Source: the human T2T-CHM13v2.0 reference genome, Homo sapiens. From it: a stretch of DNA of 64,000 nt. The DNA is taken from assembly GCF_009914755.1 (NCBI RefSeq), contig NC_060926.1, one strand, 5' to 3'. A program made the translations under genes and the position numbers. Below the pieces are notes generated by a model. It ran no database searches and was not told where the DNA came from. It was given only the letters and a program-made list of their open reading frames with translations. How positions within the stretch are numbered: position 1 is the first letter of the stretch; each line of letters begins with the position of its first letter. Below are positions 1 to 12,892 of the stretch, one piece after another.

Positions 1-3000
1 TTTAAGTCCTGCCAAGTGAGTGACCTCCCAATCGGGCCTCCAGCCACCCCCGCCGGTGTTCTTGGGCTGACAGAGATTTGAATTCTCCCTGGTATGGATG
101 TCTCAGGGTCTGGCCCAGTGAAGGACCTCGGCATCCAGCCACCCCTGCCAGTGTTTTGGGGCTGACAGAGATTTGAATTCTCCCTGGCATGGAGGTCTTG
201 AGGTCCTGCCCAGTGAGGGACCTCTCAACCGTGGCCTCCAGCCACCCCCACCGGTGTTCTTGGGCTGACAGATATCTGAATTCTCCCTGGCACCTAGTTC
301 TCAAAGTCCCGCCCAATGAGGGTCCTTTTAGCTGGGGTCTCCAGCCAATCCCACCGGTGTTCTCAGGCTGACAGTGATTTGAGTTCTCCCTGGCATGGAG
401 GTCTTTAGGTCCTGCCCAGTGAGGGATCTCCCAACTGGGGCCTCCAGCCACCCCCGCCAGTGTTCTGGGGCTGACAGAGATTTGAATTCTCCCAGGTATG
501 CAGTTCTTGGTTCTTGAAGTCCCGCCCAGTAAGGGTTCTCCTAACTGGGGCCTCCGGCCACCCTCACCTGTGTTCTCATGCTGACAGAGATTTGAACTCT
601 TCCTGACATGGAGGTCTCCACTTCCTGTCCGCTGTGGGTCTTTTCAATTCAGGCCTCCAGCCACCCACCCCTGGTGTTCTCAGGCTGACAGAGATTCGAA
701 TTCTCCCTGGCACTTAGTTCTTGAGGTCCTACCCAATGAGGGTCCTTTTAGCTGGGGTCTCCAGCCAACCCCACTGGTGTTCTGGGGCTGACAGAGGTTG
801 GAGTTCTCCCTGGCATGGCGGCCTTGGGGTCCCGCCCAGTGAGGGACCTCCCAACTGGGGCCTGCAGCCACCCCTGCCAGTGTTCTGGGGCTGACAGAGA
901 TTTGAATTCTCCCTGGAATGGAGGTCTCAGGGTCTGGCCCAGTGAGGGACCTCCCAACTGGGGCCTCCAGCTAACCCCACCAGTGTTCTGGGGCTGACAG
1001 AGATTTGAATTCTCCCTGGCATGGAGGTCTTTAGGTCCTGCTTAGTGAGGGACCTCCCTACCGTGGCTTCCAGCCACCCTCGCCAGTGTTCTGGGGCTGA
1101 CAGAGGTTTGAATTCTCCCTGGAATGGAGGTCTCAGGGTCTGGCCCAGTGAGGGACCTCCCAACTGGGGCCTCCAGCTAACCCCGCCAGTGTTCTGGGGC
1201 TGACAGAGATTTGAATTCTCCCTGGCATGGAGGTCTTCAGGTCCTGCCAAGTGAGTGACCTCCCAATTGGGTCTCCAGCCACCCCCACCGGTGTTCTTGG
1301 GATGACAGAGATTTGAATTCTCCCTGGTATGGAGGTCTCAGCGTCTGGCCCAGTGAAGGACTTCGGCCTCCAGCCACCCCTGCCAGTGTTTTGGGGCTGA
1401 CAGAAATTTGAATTCTCCCTGGCATGGAGGTCTTGAGGTCCTGCCCAGTGAGGGACCTCTCAACCGTGGCCTCCAGCCACCCCCACCGGTGTTCTCGGGC
1501 TGACAGAGATCTGAATTCTCCCTGGCACGTAGTTCTCAAGGTCCCGCCCAATGAGTGTCCTTTTAGCTGGGGTCTCCAGCCAATCCCACTGGTGTTCTCA
1601 GGCTGACAGTGATTTGAGTTCTCCCTGGCATGGAGGTCTCGGGGTCTTGCCCAGTGAGGAACCCCCCCAACCGGGGCCTGCAGCCACCCTCGCTGGTGTT
1701 CTGGGGCTGACAGAGATTTGAATTCTCCCAGGCATGGAGTTTGTGAGGTCCCACCCAGTTAGGGTTCTCCTAACTGAGACCTCTGGCCACTCACACCTGT
1801 GTTCTCATGCTGAAAGAGATTTGAATTCTTCCTGGCATGGAGGTCTCCGGTTCCTGCCCAGTGAGGGTCCTTCCAACTCAGGCCTCCAGCCAACTCCCCC
1901 CACCCCCGCCAATATTCTGGGGCTGACAGAGATTTCAATTCTCCCTGGCATCGAGGTATCGGGGTCCTGCCCAGTGAGGGACCTCCCAACGGGGGCCTGC
2001 AGCCACCCCCGCCAGTGTTCTGGGGCTGACAGAGATTTGAATTCTCCCTAGTGTGGAGGTCTTGAGGTCCTGCCCAGTGAGGGACCTCCCAAGCGGGGCC
2101 TCCAGCCAACCCCACTGGTGTTCTCATGCTGAGAGAGATTTGAATTCTCCCTGGCATGTAATTCACAAGGCAGGCTGACAGAGATTTGAATTCTCCCTGG
2201 CATGTAATTCACAAGGTCCCACCCAATGAGGGTCCTTTTAGCTGCGGTGTCCAGCCACCCCCACTGGTGTTCCCAGGCTGACAGAGATTTGAGTTCTCCC
2301 TGGCATGGAGGTCTTGAGGTATCGCCCAGTGAGGGACCTCCCAACCGGGGCCTCCGGCCACCCCCGCCTTTATTCTGGGACTGACAGAGATTTGAATTCT
2401 CCCTGGCATGGAGGTCTCGGGGTCTGGCCCAGTGAGCGACCTCCCAACTGGGGTCTCTGGCCACCCCTGCCAGTGTTCTGGGGCTGACAGAGATTTGAAT
2501 TCTCCCTGGCATGGAGGTCTCGGGGTCCCGCCCAGTGAGGACCTCCCAACTAGGGCCTGCAACCACCCCGGTAGTGTTCTGGGGCTGACAGAGATGTGAA
2601 TTCTCTCTGGCACGGAGGTCTCGGTGTCTGACCCAGTGAGGGACCTCCCATATGGGGCCTCCAGCCACCCCCGCCAGTGTCCTGGGGCTGACAGAGATTT
2701 GAATTTTCCCTAGCATGGAGTTCTTGAGGTCCCACCCAGTGAGGGTTCTCCTAACTGGGCCCTCCGGCCACCCCTACCTGTGTTCTCATGCTGACAGAGA
2801 TTCGAGTTCTCCCTGGCATGGAGGTCTCCAGTTCCTGCCCAGTGAAGTTCCTTTCAACTCGGGCCCCCAGCCACCACCCCACCCCCTCCTCCAGTGTCCT
2901 CAGGCTGCCAGAGATTTCAATTATCCCTGGCATGGCGGTCTCAAAGTCCTGCCTGGTGAGGGATCACCGCACTGGGACCTCCAGTCACTCCTGCTGGTGT

Positions 3001-3035
3001 TCTCGGGCCCAAAGATATTTGAATTCTTGGGATGA
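1..3035 (+). repeat. Tandem array of ~103-bp monomers (~29 copies, runs off the left edge) derived from an old L1 5'UTR module
   Basis: The core GCTGACAGAGATTTGAATTCTCCCTGG recurs at 66, 161, 264, 367, 470, 580, 684, 787, 890, 993, 1096, 1199, 1301, 1396 and onward, mostly 103 bp apart. The same core occurs in the L1 5'UTR at ~5064-5090. Confidence 0.95.
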
Positions 3036-3226
3036 AATGGCCAAAGATGAGCTGCCATCTTTGCTGTTTGTGCAACTTAGCCACTCCAGCCTGAGGGTTT
3101 TGTGGAATCCATACCTACCGGGGCAGAAGGGATCTCCCAGCACAACACAGCTACTCTACAAAATCTTGGTCAGGCAGATTCTTTTAGCAGGTTCCTGACC
3201 CATTTCTTCTTAATTGGCAGGACCTT
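3035..3226 (+). mobile_element. L1 5'UTR fragment (L1PA15-16/L1PB-like) continuing from the array
   Basis: GCCATCTTTGCTGTTTGTGCAACTTAGCCACTCCAGCC matches the UTR modules at ~4848 and ~5388. Confidence 0.75.
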
Positions 3227-3231
3227 GACAA

Positions 3232-3935
3232 CTCTATCCAAGGGAGAATGTAAATCTCTGTCAGCTCTAGAACTAAGGGGTGGAAGCCCCACTTGGGAGG
3301 TCTCACCCAGTGAGGAACGGATCGGGGATCTACTTAAAGAATCTTGCCATGATTTGATAGAGCAGTTGTGCTGTTCTGGGGATCCCCTCCACCCTAGTCA
3401 CTTTGGACTCTCCAAAGCCCACAGACTGGAATAACTGAGTCACCCAAACAGCAAAGATGGCGGCCCCCTTCTCCCCCAGGGAACTCATCCCAGGGAGAAT
3501 TCAAATCTCCGTCAGCCTGAGAGCACCTGCAGGAGTAGCTGCAGGCCCCAGTTGGGAGGTCCCGCCCAGCGAGGAGGAATGGATTGGGGATCCACTTAAA
3601 GAGGCAGTCTGGCCACATTTTGGTAGAGCAGCTGTGCTGCGTGGGGGATCCCTTCTGCCCTCAGTTGGTTTGGGTTCTCAAAAGCCCAACAGGCTGGAAT
3701 GGCTAAGTTACCCAAACAACAAAGATGGTGGCCTGCCCTGTCCCCTAGGAAGTCAGTCTCAGGTAGGTAAAACACTGTTGCTGGTGGCTGGCTGGAGTTG
3801 TTTCCTTGATTATGTGAGTAATGCGAGTACCTGGTTGTTTCAGTTGAAGGTGCTGTATTGACTTGCCCTTTTCATTCCTCTCCATGAGAGCCGTGCACCC
3901 TAGCTTCTTCTAGTCAGTCATCTTGGCCACACACC
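3232..3935 (-). mobile_element. L1 5' end, minus strand, internally deleted
   Basis: The reverse complement of ~3900-3928 is GGCCAAGATGACTGACTAGAAGAAGCTAG, a typical L1PA13-16 5' terminus. The rest mirrors 4220-5400, with a ~430-bp deletion at ~3795. Confidence 0.85.
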
Positions 3936-4209
3936 CCCATAATCGTATTTTTTAACTAAATCATTCTTTAAAACTCTAACAAAATATTTAAACATTTAAA
4001 AAGTGTGAGCTTTAGAAATGCCTAATTACATCTTAGGTTTGAGACACGTAGCAGTTATGTACATTGTCAATTCCAGATTTTGCATCTTACAAGGAAAGGA
4101 CTTAGATCTTATTCAGTCTTTGTGTGTCTAAACTATCTTCGCCTGTAAAATGAGTACAATGAAGTACTTTATAGAGTTGTAAATGTTATATGTAAAAATA
4201 TAGCAGTGA

Positions 4210-7200
4210 GGGGGCAGTGGGCTGGCCAAGGTGGCCGAGTTGAAGCAGCTAGTGTGTTTGGCTCTCACAGAGAGGAACACAAGGGGAGAGTCAATACTGC
4301 ACCTTCAACTGAAACATCCAGGTACTCACATTGGGACTAACCAAGGAAACAACTTGACCCAGGGAGAATGAAGAAAAGAAAGGCAAAACGACAGCCCACC
4401 TGGGAGTACCACAGAGCCAGGGGGAGCTCTCTCACCCAGGGAAGCAGTGAGTGAATGTGTGACCCTGGAAACCCATGCTTTTTCCATGGATCTTTGCAAT
4501 CCTTGGGTCGGGAGTTCTCATGAACCCACTTTACCAGGGCCTTCAGTCTGACAAAGCTACGTGGAATCTTGGCACAGCAGCCACTCAGGCACACATGGAG
4601 ACCTGGGAGCCTTAGGTACCTGGGCTTTCCTGCAAAAGTAGCTGCAACTGTGGCAAAGTGGGAGGTGAGACCCTCATACATATCCCTAGGGAAGAGGCTG
4701 AATTCAGGGAGCTGAGCAGCAACAGCCTGCAGGCCCCACTTCCACAGCACCTCACAGGATAAGAGCCACTGGCTTGGAATTCCAGCCAGCCACCAGCAAC
4801 AGTGTTGAGCCTCCCTGAGACAGAGCTCCTGAGAGAAGGGGTAGGCCACCATCTTTGCTGTTTGGGCAACTTAGCTGCTCCAGCCTTCGGGATTTGGAGA
4901 GTCTCAGCGGACCAGGGACAGAGGGATCCATTAGCACAGCACAGTGCTACTCTACCAAAATATGGCCGGACTACTGCTTTAAGAAGGTCCCCAATCCCAT
5001 TCCTCCTCACTGGGCAGGACCTCCCAACCAGGGCCTCTAGCTACTCACTCTGGTATTCTCAGGCTGACAGAGATTTGAATTCTCCCTGAGATGGAGTGCC
5101 CTGAGGGAGGCGTGGGCCGCCATATTTGATGTTTTGGCAACTTAGCCATTCCAGCCTTTGGGCTTTAAGGAGTCCCAGCTGACTTAGGGCGGATATGGCC
5201 CCCCAGCACAGCACAGCTGCTGTACAAAAGCATAGCCAGACTGCTTCTTTAAGTAGGTCCCAGATTCATTCCTCCTCACTGTTTGGGACTTCCCAACTGG
5301 GGCCTCCAACCACCCCCACTGGTGTTCTCCTGCTGACAGTGATTTCAATTTTTTCTGGGCTGGAGCTCCCTGATGGAGGGGCAGGCCACCATCTTTGCTG
5401 TTTTTGCAACTTAGCCACTTCAACCTTCAGTCTTTGGAGTGTCCAAGGAGACCAGGGGGTGATGTGGACCCTCAGCATAGCACAGCTGCTCTATAAAAAT
5501 GAGGCCAGACTGCTTTTTTAAGCACTTTCCCAATGCCATTCCTCCTCACTGGGCAAAACCTCCAAACTGGGGTCTCCAGCCACCTCCTACAGGTGTGTTT
5601 GGGCCAGCAACAAGTTCATTCATACCTCCCTAGGGCAAAGCTTCCAAAGGGAGCGGTAGGCTGCCATCTTTGCTGTTTCACAGGCTTCACTGATGATAAC
5701 TCCAGGTACTGGAAAATCTGAGGCTACTAGAGACTGGAGCGGGCCCTGGGCATACTGCAGCAGCCCTATGGAAAAGTGGCCAGACTGTTACCTGGGTTCC
5801 CATTCCTATATCTTCTCACTAGGCAAGTCTTGCAGGCCTGGACCTCTACCTAACCCCCCCTACCAGAACTGTTGAGCCAGTAGCAACTCAGCCACTCCCT
5901 GGAGAGAGCCTCCAGGGGCAACTGAAAGCCTCTCTGCCACTGCTTCTGCAGTGGAACTGTCCTTGCTACCCTCAGACTGATGAAGGAGCTAACACCCTTA
6001 TCTACACCTTCAACAAGCTTTAATTGACCAAAGCCCATCTCTCATGGGTTCTACACACTCCCCACTGCTCATGACAGGGAACCCCTGGATTGGCCCCCAC
6101 AGCACGAATTCTCCATCCTGATTGCTGATTGCAGTAAACAGTTGCTGTATTCTCCAGGGGTGGTGGAACTCTGAGGAGACAAACAAAAGACCCTTGGCTA
6201 CAACCACTACTAATGTCCCTTCCTCTTCTGCCTCAAAGTTAGGAAAGAAATATAAACACTGAGATTGCCCCAGAGCTGCAGTGGGCAGCCTAGGAGTGCC
6301 AAGCCATGACCTACAGCCAGCACTCAAGGGGGAGAGAAGCACATTTTCAGATCATTGAGAGGGAACATGGCTGCAACTGTAAGGAAACATAGGGGAGCCA
6401 CATGACCAAGCAAGAGTCTACCAACTGACCAGTAAGCCCAAGTGCCACCTACTGGATCACATCCCAAAGCTTCAGCATCAAAAATACCTTACTAATATAC
6501 TCCCCTCTGAAACCAGAAATGAGAAGTCAGCTTCAAATAAAGACCCTGCACAAAGCCTCAGCCTGGTGAAAACATCCGAAAATAAGTCTACGGACTGTAC
6601 TCAATCTACACTGCAATTAAAGGAAAACCCATAGGTGGAAATGAGAAGAAACCAATGCAAGAACTCCAGTAACTCAAATGGCCTCTGTGTCATATGTCCT
6701 TCTAACAACCACACCAGTTCTCCAACAAGAGTTCTTAACCTGGATGAACTGTCTGGAATTACATAAATATAATTCAGAATATGGATAGGAAAAAAAATCA
6801 TCAAGACTCAGGAGAATGGCAAAACCCAATCCAAGGAAAATAAGAATAACAGTAAAGTGTTACAGGAGCTGAAGGATAAAGTAGCTGGTATAATAAAAAA
6901 GAACCTAACCGATCTGAAAGCGCCGAAGAACACAATACAAGAATTCCACAATGCAATCACAAGTATTAACAGCAGAAAAAAAAACCTGAGGAACGAATCT
7001 CAGAACTTGAAGATTGGTTCTCTAAAATAAGATGGACAAAAATAAAAAAGAATGAACAAAACCTTCAAGGAGGATGGGATTATATAAAGAGGCCAATTCT
7101 ACAAATCACTGGCATCTCTGAAAGGGAGGTGGAGAAATCAAACAACTTGGAAAACGTAGTTCAGGATATCATCTTTGAAAGCTTCCCTAACCTTGCTAGA

Positions 7201-7990
7201 AAGGCCAACAGTCAAATTCAGGAAATACAAAGAACTCCTACAAGATTCTACACAAGACCATCCTCAAGACACATAAACATCAGGTTTTCCAAGGTCGAAA
7301 TGAGGGAAAATATGTTAAAGGCAGCCAGAGAGAAAGGGCAGGCCATCTACAAAGGGAACCCCATTAGGCTAACAGCAGATCTCTCAGCTGAAATCCTACA
7401 AGCCAGAAGGGATTGGGGGACTATATTTAACATTATTAAAGAAAATCTTCAACCAAGAATTTCATATACAGCTAAACTAAGCTTTCTAAATGAAGGAGAA
7501 ATGAGATCATTTACAGACAAGCAAATTCTGAGGTAATTCATTACCACCACATCTGCCTTACAAGAGATTTTAGAAAGGAGGACTAAATATAGAAAGGAAA
7601 GACCACTACACGCTAATGCAAAAACATACTTAAACACACAGACCGGTGACACTATAAAGCAACCACACAAAAAAGCCAACATAATAACCAGCCAACAGCA
7701 CAATGACAAGATCAAATCTACACAAATCGATACTAGCCTTGAATGTAAATGGGCAAATGCCCCACTTAAAAGGCACAGAGTGGCAAGCTAGATTTAAAAA
7801 AAAAAAAAGCGAGACCCAATGGTATGTCGTCTTCAAGAGACCCATCTCACACATAATGACACTCATCGTCTCAAACTAAAAGGATGGAGAAAAATCTACC
7901 AGACAAATAGAAAACAGAAAAAAAGCAGAGGTTGCAATCCTAATTTCAGACAAAACAGATTTCAAATGAACAATAATTTTTCAAAAGGAC
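4210..7990 (+). mobile_element. Old L1 (L1PA15-16-like), 5' part: 5'UTR, decayed ORF1, start of the ORF2 endonuclease
   Basis: 5' terminus GGCCAAGGTGGCCGAGTTGAAGCAGCT; ~270-bp UTR modules (CCATCTTTGCTGTTT at ~4849, 5120, 5389, 5664); ORF1 remnant in ORF 7129-7536 (FPNLARKANSQIQEIQRTP); EN remnant LQETHL...KGWRKIYQ in ORF 7819-8019. Confidence 0.92.
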
Positions 7991-8399
7991 AAGGGGGCAG
8001 GGGCAAGATAGCCGACTAGAAGCAGCTGCAGTTTGAGGCTCCCACTGAGAAGAACTAAAAGAGTGTGCAAATCCTGCACCAGCAACTGACATATCCAGGT
8101 TCTATGATCAGGACTGACTAGGTGGTTGCCGTGACCCATAGAGAACAAGGAAAGATGGGCTGGTGGATTGGCCCACCTGGGAGCCACATGGGGCAAGGGG
8201 AGCCGTCACCCTCAGCCAGCCAAGGGAGGCAGTGAGTGAGCATGCTACCCAGCCTGGGAAACTGCTTTTTCCATGGATCTTTGCAATCCACAGATCAGAA
8301 GATCCCACTCATGAGACCACACCACGAGGGCCTTGGGTGCCAACCACAGAGCCATGCAGATTCTCAACAGCCACTCAGCTGGAGTCTGCCTAAAACTAC

Positions 8400-8665
8400 C
8401 GAGTTCCCAAGTTGGGGAGGGGTGGTCATCATCACTGTGGCTGCCTGCTGCCTAAACCCTCTGAGTTCCCTGGGGGAGGGGGAGCAATCATCACTGTGGT
8501 TGCTGGCTGCCTAAGACAACTGAGCTTCCCAAGAGAGGGGCAGTCATCATCACTGCAGCTGCCTGCTGCCTGAGGAAACTGAGCTCCCTAAGAAGGGACA
8601 GCAGCCATCACTGTGGCTGCTAGCTGCCTAAGACACTGAACTCCTGGGGAGGAAGGGCGGCAGCC
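8400..8665 (+). repeat. ~59-bp tandem repeat inside the L1 5'UTR
   Basis: ATCACTGTGGCTGCCTGCTGCCTAA...TGAGCTCCC recurs at ~8431, 8490, 8550, 8607. Confidence 0.85.
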
Positions 8666-11600
8666 ATTTCTACAGATCCAGGCTGCTGTTTTTCCTTTGC
8701 TGATGCCAGGAAGACTGGACGGCTTGGTCCCAAGAGGTATTCCCCACAGCGCAGCATACTGGCTGTGGCAGATCATGGCCAGACTGCCTCTTTAGGCTGA
8801 CCCTGACCCATCCCTCCTCACTGGGTGGGGCCTCCCTGCAGGAACTCCAGCAACTCAAGCCAGGGAATTAGGGAGAGAACTCTGATCTCTCTAGGTCTGA
8901 GTCCCTAGTGGGAGGGGTGGCTGGCTGTTGTCTCCACAAACCGGAAGACTTGTTCTTTCCCCCTGCTCACTCTGAGGATTCCAGGCAGCCCAGATGAGTG
9001 GGATTTTCCCCGGCACAGCATACCCCCTTCCCAAAGGGACAATCAAAGTGCTTCATTAAGCAAGTCCTGGATCCTGTGCCCCTCAACTGGGTGAAACACC
9101 CCAGTGGGTCACCAGACACCTTATACAGGAGCATTTCTACTGGCATCAGGTGGGTGCCCCTCAAGGACAGAGATCCCAGAGGAAGGAGTGGGGTCCCATC
9201 TTTGCTGTTCTCCAGCACCCTCTGGTGACATCTTCAGGTGTGGGAGGGACCCAGATAAATAGGGCTTGAAGTGAATCCCCAGCAAACCACAGCAGCCCTA
9301 CAGAAGAGGTACCTGACTGTCGAAAGAAAAACAGAAAGCAACAACAACATCAACCAAAAAGTCCCCACGAAAACCTCATCTAAAGGTCAGCAGCCTCAAA
9401 GATCAAAATGAGACAAACTCATGAAGATGAGAAAGGAATGAAAAACCCCTAACAACTCAAAAGGCCAGAGTGACTTGTTTACTCCAAATGATCACAACAC
9501 CTCTACAGCAAGGGCACAGTCCTGGGTGGAGGTTGAGATGGATGAATTGACAGAAGTAGGCTTCAGAAGGTGGGTAGTAGCAAACTTCACTGAGCTAAAG
9601 GAGTACGCTCTAACCCAACATATTGGAACGAATCCCAGAACTTAAAGATTGGTTCTCTAAAATAAGACAGACAAAAATAAAAAAGAATAAAACGGAAGGA
9701 AGAAAACCTCCAATAAGTATGGGGTTATATATAGAGGCCAATTCTACAAATCACTGGCATCCCTGAAAGGGAGGTGGAGAAATCAATGCATTGGGTTAGA
9801 ACATGCTCATTTAGCTCTGTGAAATTTGTTATTACCCACCTTCTGAACCCTACTTCTGTCAGCAAAGAAGCTAAGAACCATGTTAAAAGATTACAGAAGA
9901 TGCTAACTAGAATAACCAGTTTAGAGAGGAACATAAATGACCAGAGCCAGCTGTAAAGCACATAAGGGGAACTTTGTGATGCAAACACAAGTATCAACAG
10001 CTGAATTGATCAAGCAGAAAAAAGAATATCAGAGCTTGAAGACTGTCTTGCCAAAATAAGGCAGGCAGAGAAGATTAGAGAAAAAAGAATGAAAAGGAAT
10101 GAACAAAACCTCAAAGAACTGTGGAACTATGTAAAAGACCAAACCTATGACTGATTGGACTACCTGAAAGAGACAAGGAGAATGGAGCCACGTTGGGAAA
10201 ACACACTTCAAGATATCATCCAGAAGAACTTCCCCAACCTAGCAAGACAGGCCAACATTCAAATTCAGGAAATCCAGAGAACCCCAGTAAGATACTCCAC
10301 AAGAAGATCAACCCTCAAGACACATAGTCATCAGATTCTCCAAGATCAAAATGAAGGAAAAAATGTTAAAGGCAGACAGAGACAAAGGGCAGGTCACCTA
10401 CAACGGGAAGCCCATCTGACTAAGAGTGGGCCTCTCAGCAGAAACCCCACAAGCCAGGAGACAGTTGGGTCCAATGGTCAACATTCTTAGAGAAAAGAAT
10501 TTCTAACCTAGAATTTCATATCTGGCCAAACTAACCTTCATAAGTGAAGGAGAAATCCTTTTCAGACAAGCAAATGCTGAGGGAATTTATCACCACCAGG
10601 CCTGCCTTGCAAGACCTCCTGAAGGAAGTGCTAAAGATGGAAAGGAAAAACTGGTACCAGCCACTGCAAAAATGTACTGAAGTACAAAGACCAATGACAC
10701 TATGAAGAAACTACATCAACTAGTGAGCAAAATAACCAGCAAGCATCATGGTGACAGGATCAAATTCACACATAACCATATTAACCTTAAGTGTCAATGG
10801 GCTAAATGTACCAATTAAAAGACACAGACCAGCAAATTGGATATAAAGAGTCAAGATTCAGGTGTGCTGTATTCAGGGTTCCTATCTCATGTGCAAAGAC
10901 ACACATAGGCTCAAAGCGATGGAGGAAAATTTACCAAGCAAATGGAAAGCAGAAAAAAGCAGGGGTTGCAATCTTAGTTTCTGACAAAACAGACTTTGAA
11001 TCAACAAAGATAAAAAAAGACAAAGAAGAACATCACAATGATAAAGGAATCAATTCAACAAGAAGAGCTAACTATCCTAAATATGTATGCACCCAATACA
11101 GGAGAACCCAGATTCACAAAACAAGTTCTTAGAGACCTACAAAGAGACTCAGGCTACCACACAACAATAGTGGGAGACATTAACACCCCATTGTCAATAT
11201 TGGATCATCTAGGCAGAAAATTGACCAGAAAGGACTTGAACACAGCTCTGGATCAAGTGAATCTCATAGATATCTACAGAACTCTCCAACACGAAACAAC
11301 AGACTATATATTATTCTTAGTGGCATATGACACTCTAAAATTGATCACAAAATTAGAATTAAAACACTCCTCAGCAAATGCAAAATAACTGAAATCATAA
11401 CAATCTCTCAGACCACAGTGCAATCAAATTAGAACTCAAGATTAAGAAACTCACTCAAAACCACACAACTACATGGATATTGAACAACGTGCTCCTGAGT
11501 GACTTCTGGGTAAATAATAAAATTAAGGCAGAAATCAAGAAGCTCTTTGAAACCAATGAGAACAAAGAGACAATGTACCAGAATCTCTGGGAGGCAACTA

Positions 11601-12361
11601 AAGCAGTGTTAAGAGGTAAATTTATAGCACTAAATGCCCACATCATAAAGCTAGACATATCTCAAATTGACACCCTAACATCACAACTAAAAGAACTAGA
11701 GAAGCAAGAGCAAACAAATCCAAAAGTTAGCAGAAGAGAAAAAAAAAAATGACTAAGATCAAAGTGGAACTGAAGGAGACAGAGACATGAAAAACCCTTC
11801 AAAAAAAAAGAAAGAAATAAAACATGTTCAAATAGCAAGAGATAAAATCAAATTGTCTGTGTTTGCAGAAAACGTGATTCTATATCTAGAAAACCACATC
11901 GTCACAGCCCAAAAACTCCTGAAGCTGATAAGCAAGTTCAGCAAAGTCTGAAGATACAAAATCAATGTGCAAAAATCACAAGCATTCTTATACACCAGCA
12001 ATAGACAATATTCTTCAATTCCTATACACCAACAATAGGCAAGAGAGCCAAATCATGAATGAACTCCCATTCACAATTGTTACAAAGAGAATAAAATACC
12101 TAGGAATACAGCTAACGATGGGTGTGAAGAACCTCTTCAAGGAGAACTACAAGCCACTGCTCAAGGAAATAAGAGAGGACACAAACAAATGGAAAAATAT
12201 TCCATGCTCATGGGTGGGAAGAATCAATCTCATGAAAATGGCCATACTGCCCAAGGTAATTTATAGATTCAGTGCTATTCACATCAAACTACCATTGACA
12301 TTCTTCACATAATTAAAAAAAAACTACTTTAAGTTTCATATGCAACCAAAAAAGAGACTGA

Positions 12362-12892
<531 letters not shown>

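Noticed and set aside
1-3035. CRISPR-like array, or repetitive protein ORFs of up to 222 aa
   Set aside because: The sequence between the conserved cores is itself repeated rather than unique spacers, no cas genes are present, and the DNA is primate. The ORFs are by-products of a GC-rich repeat read in shifting frames.
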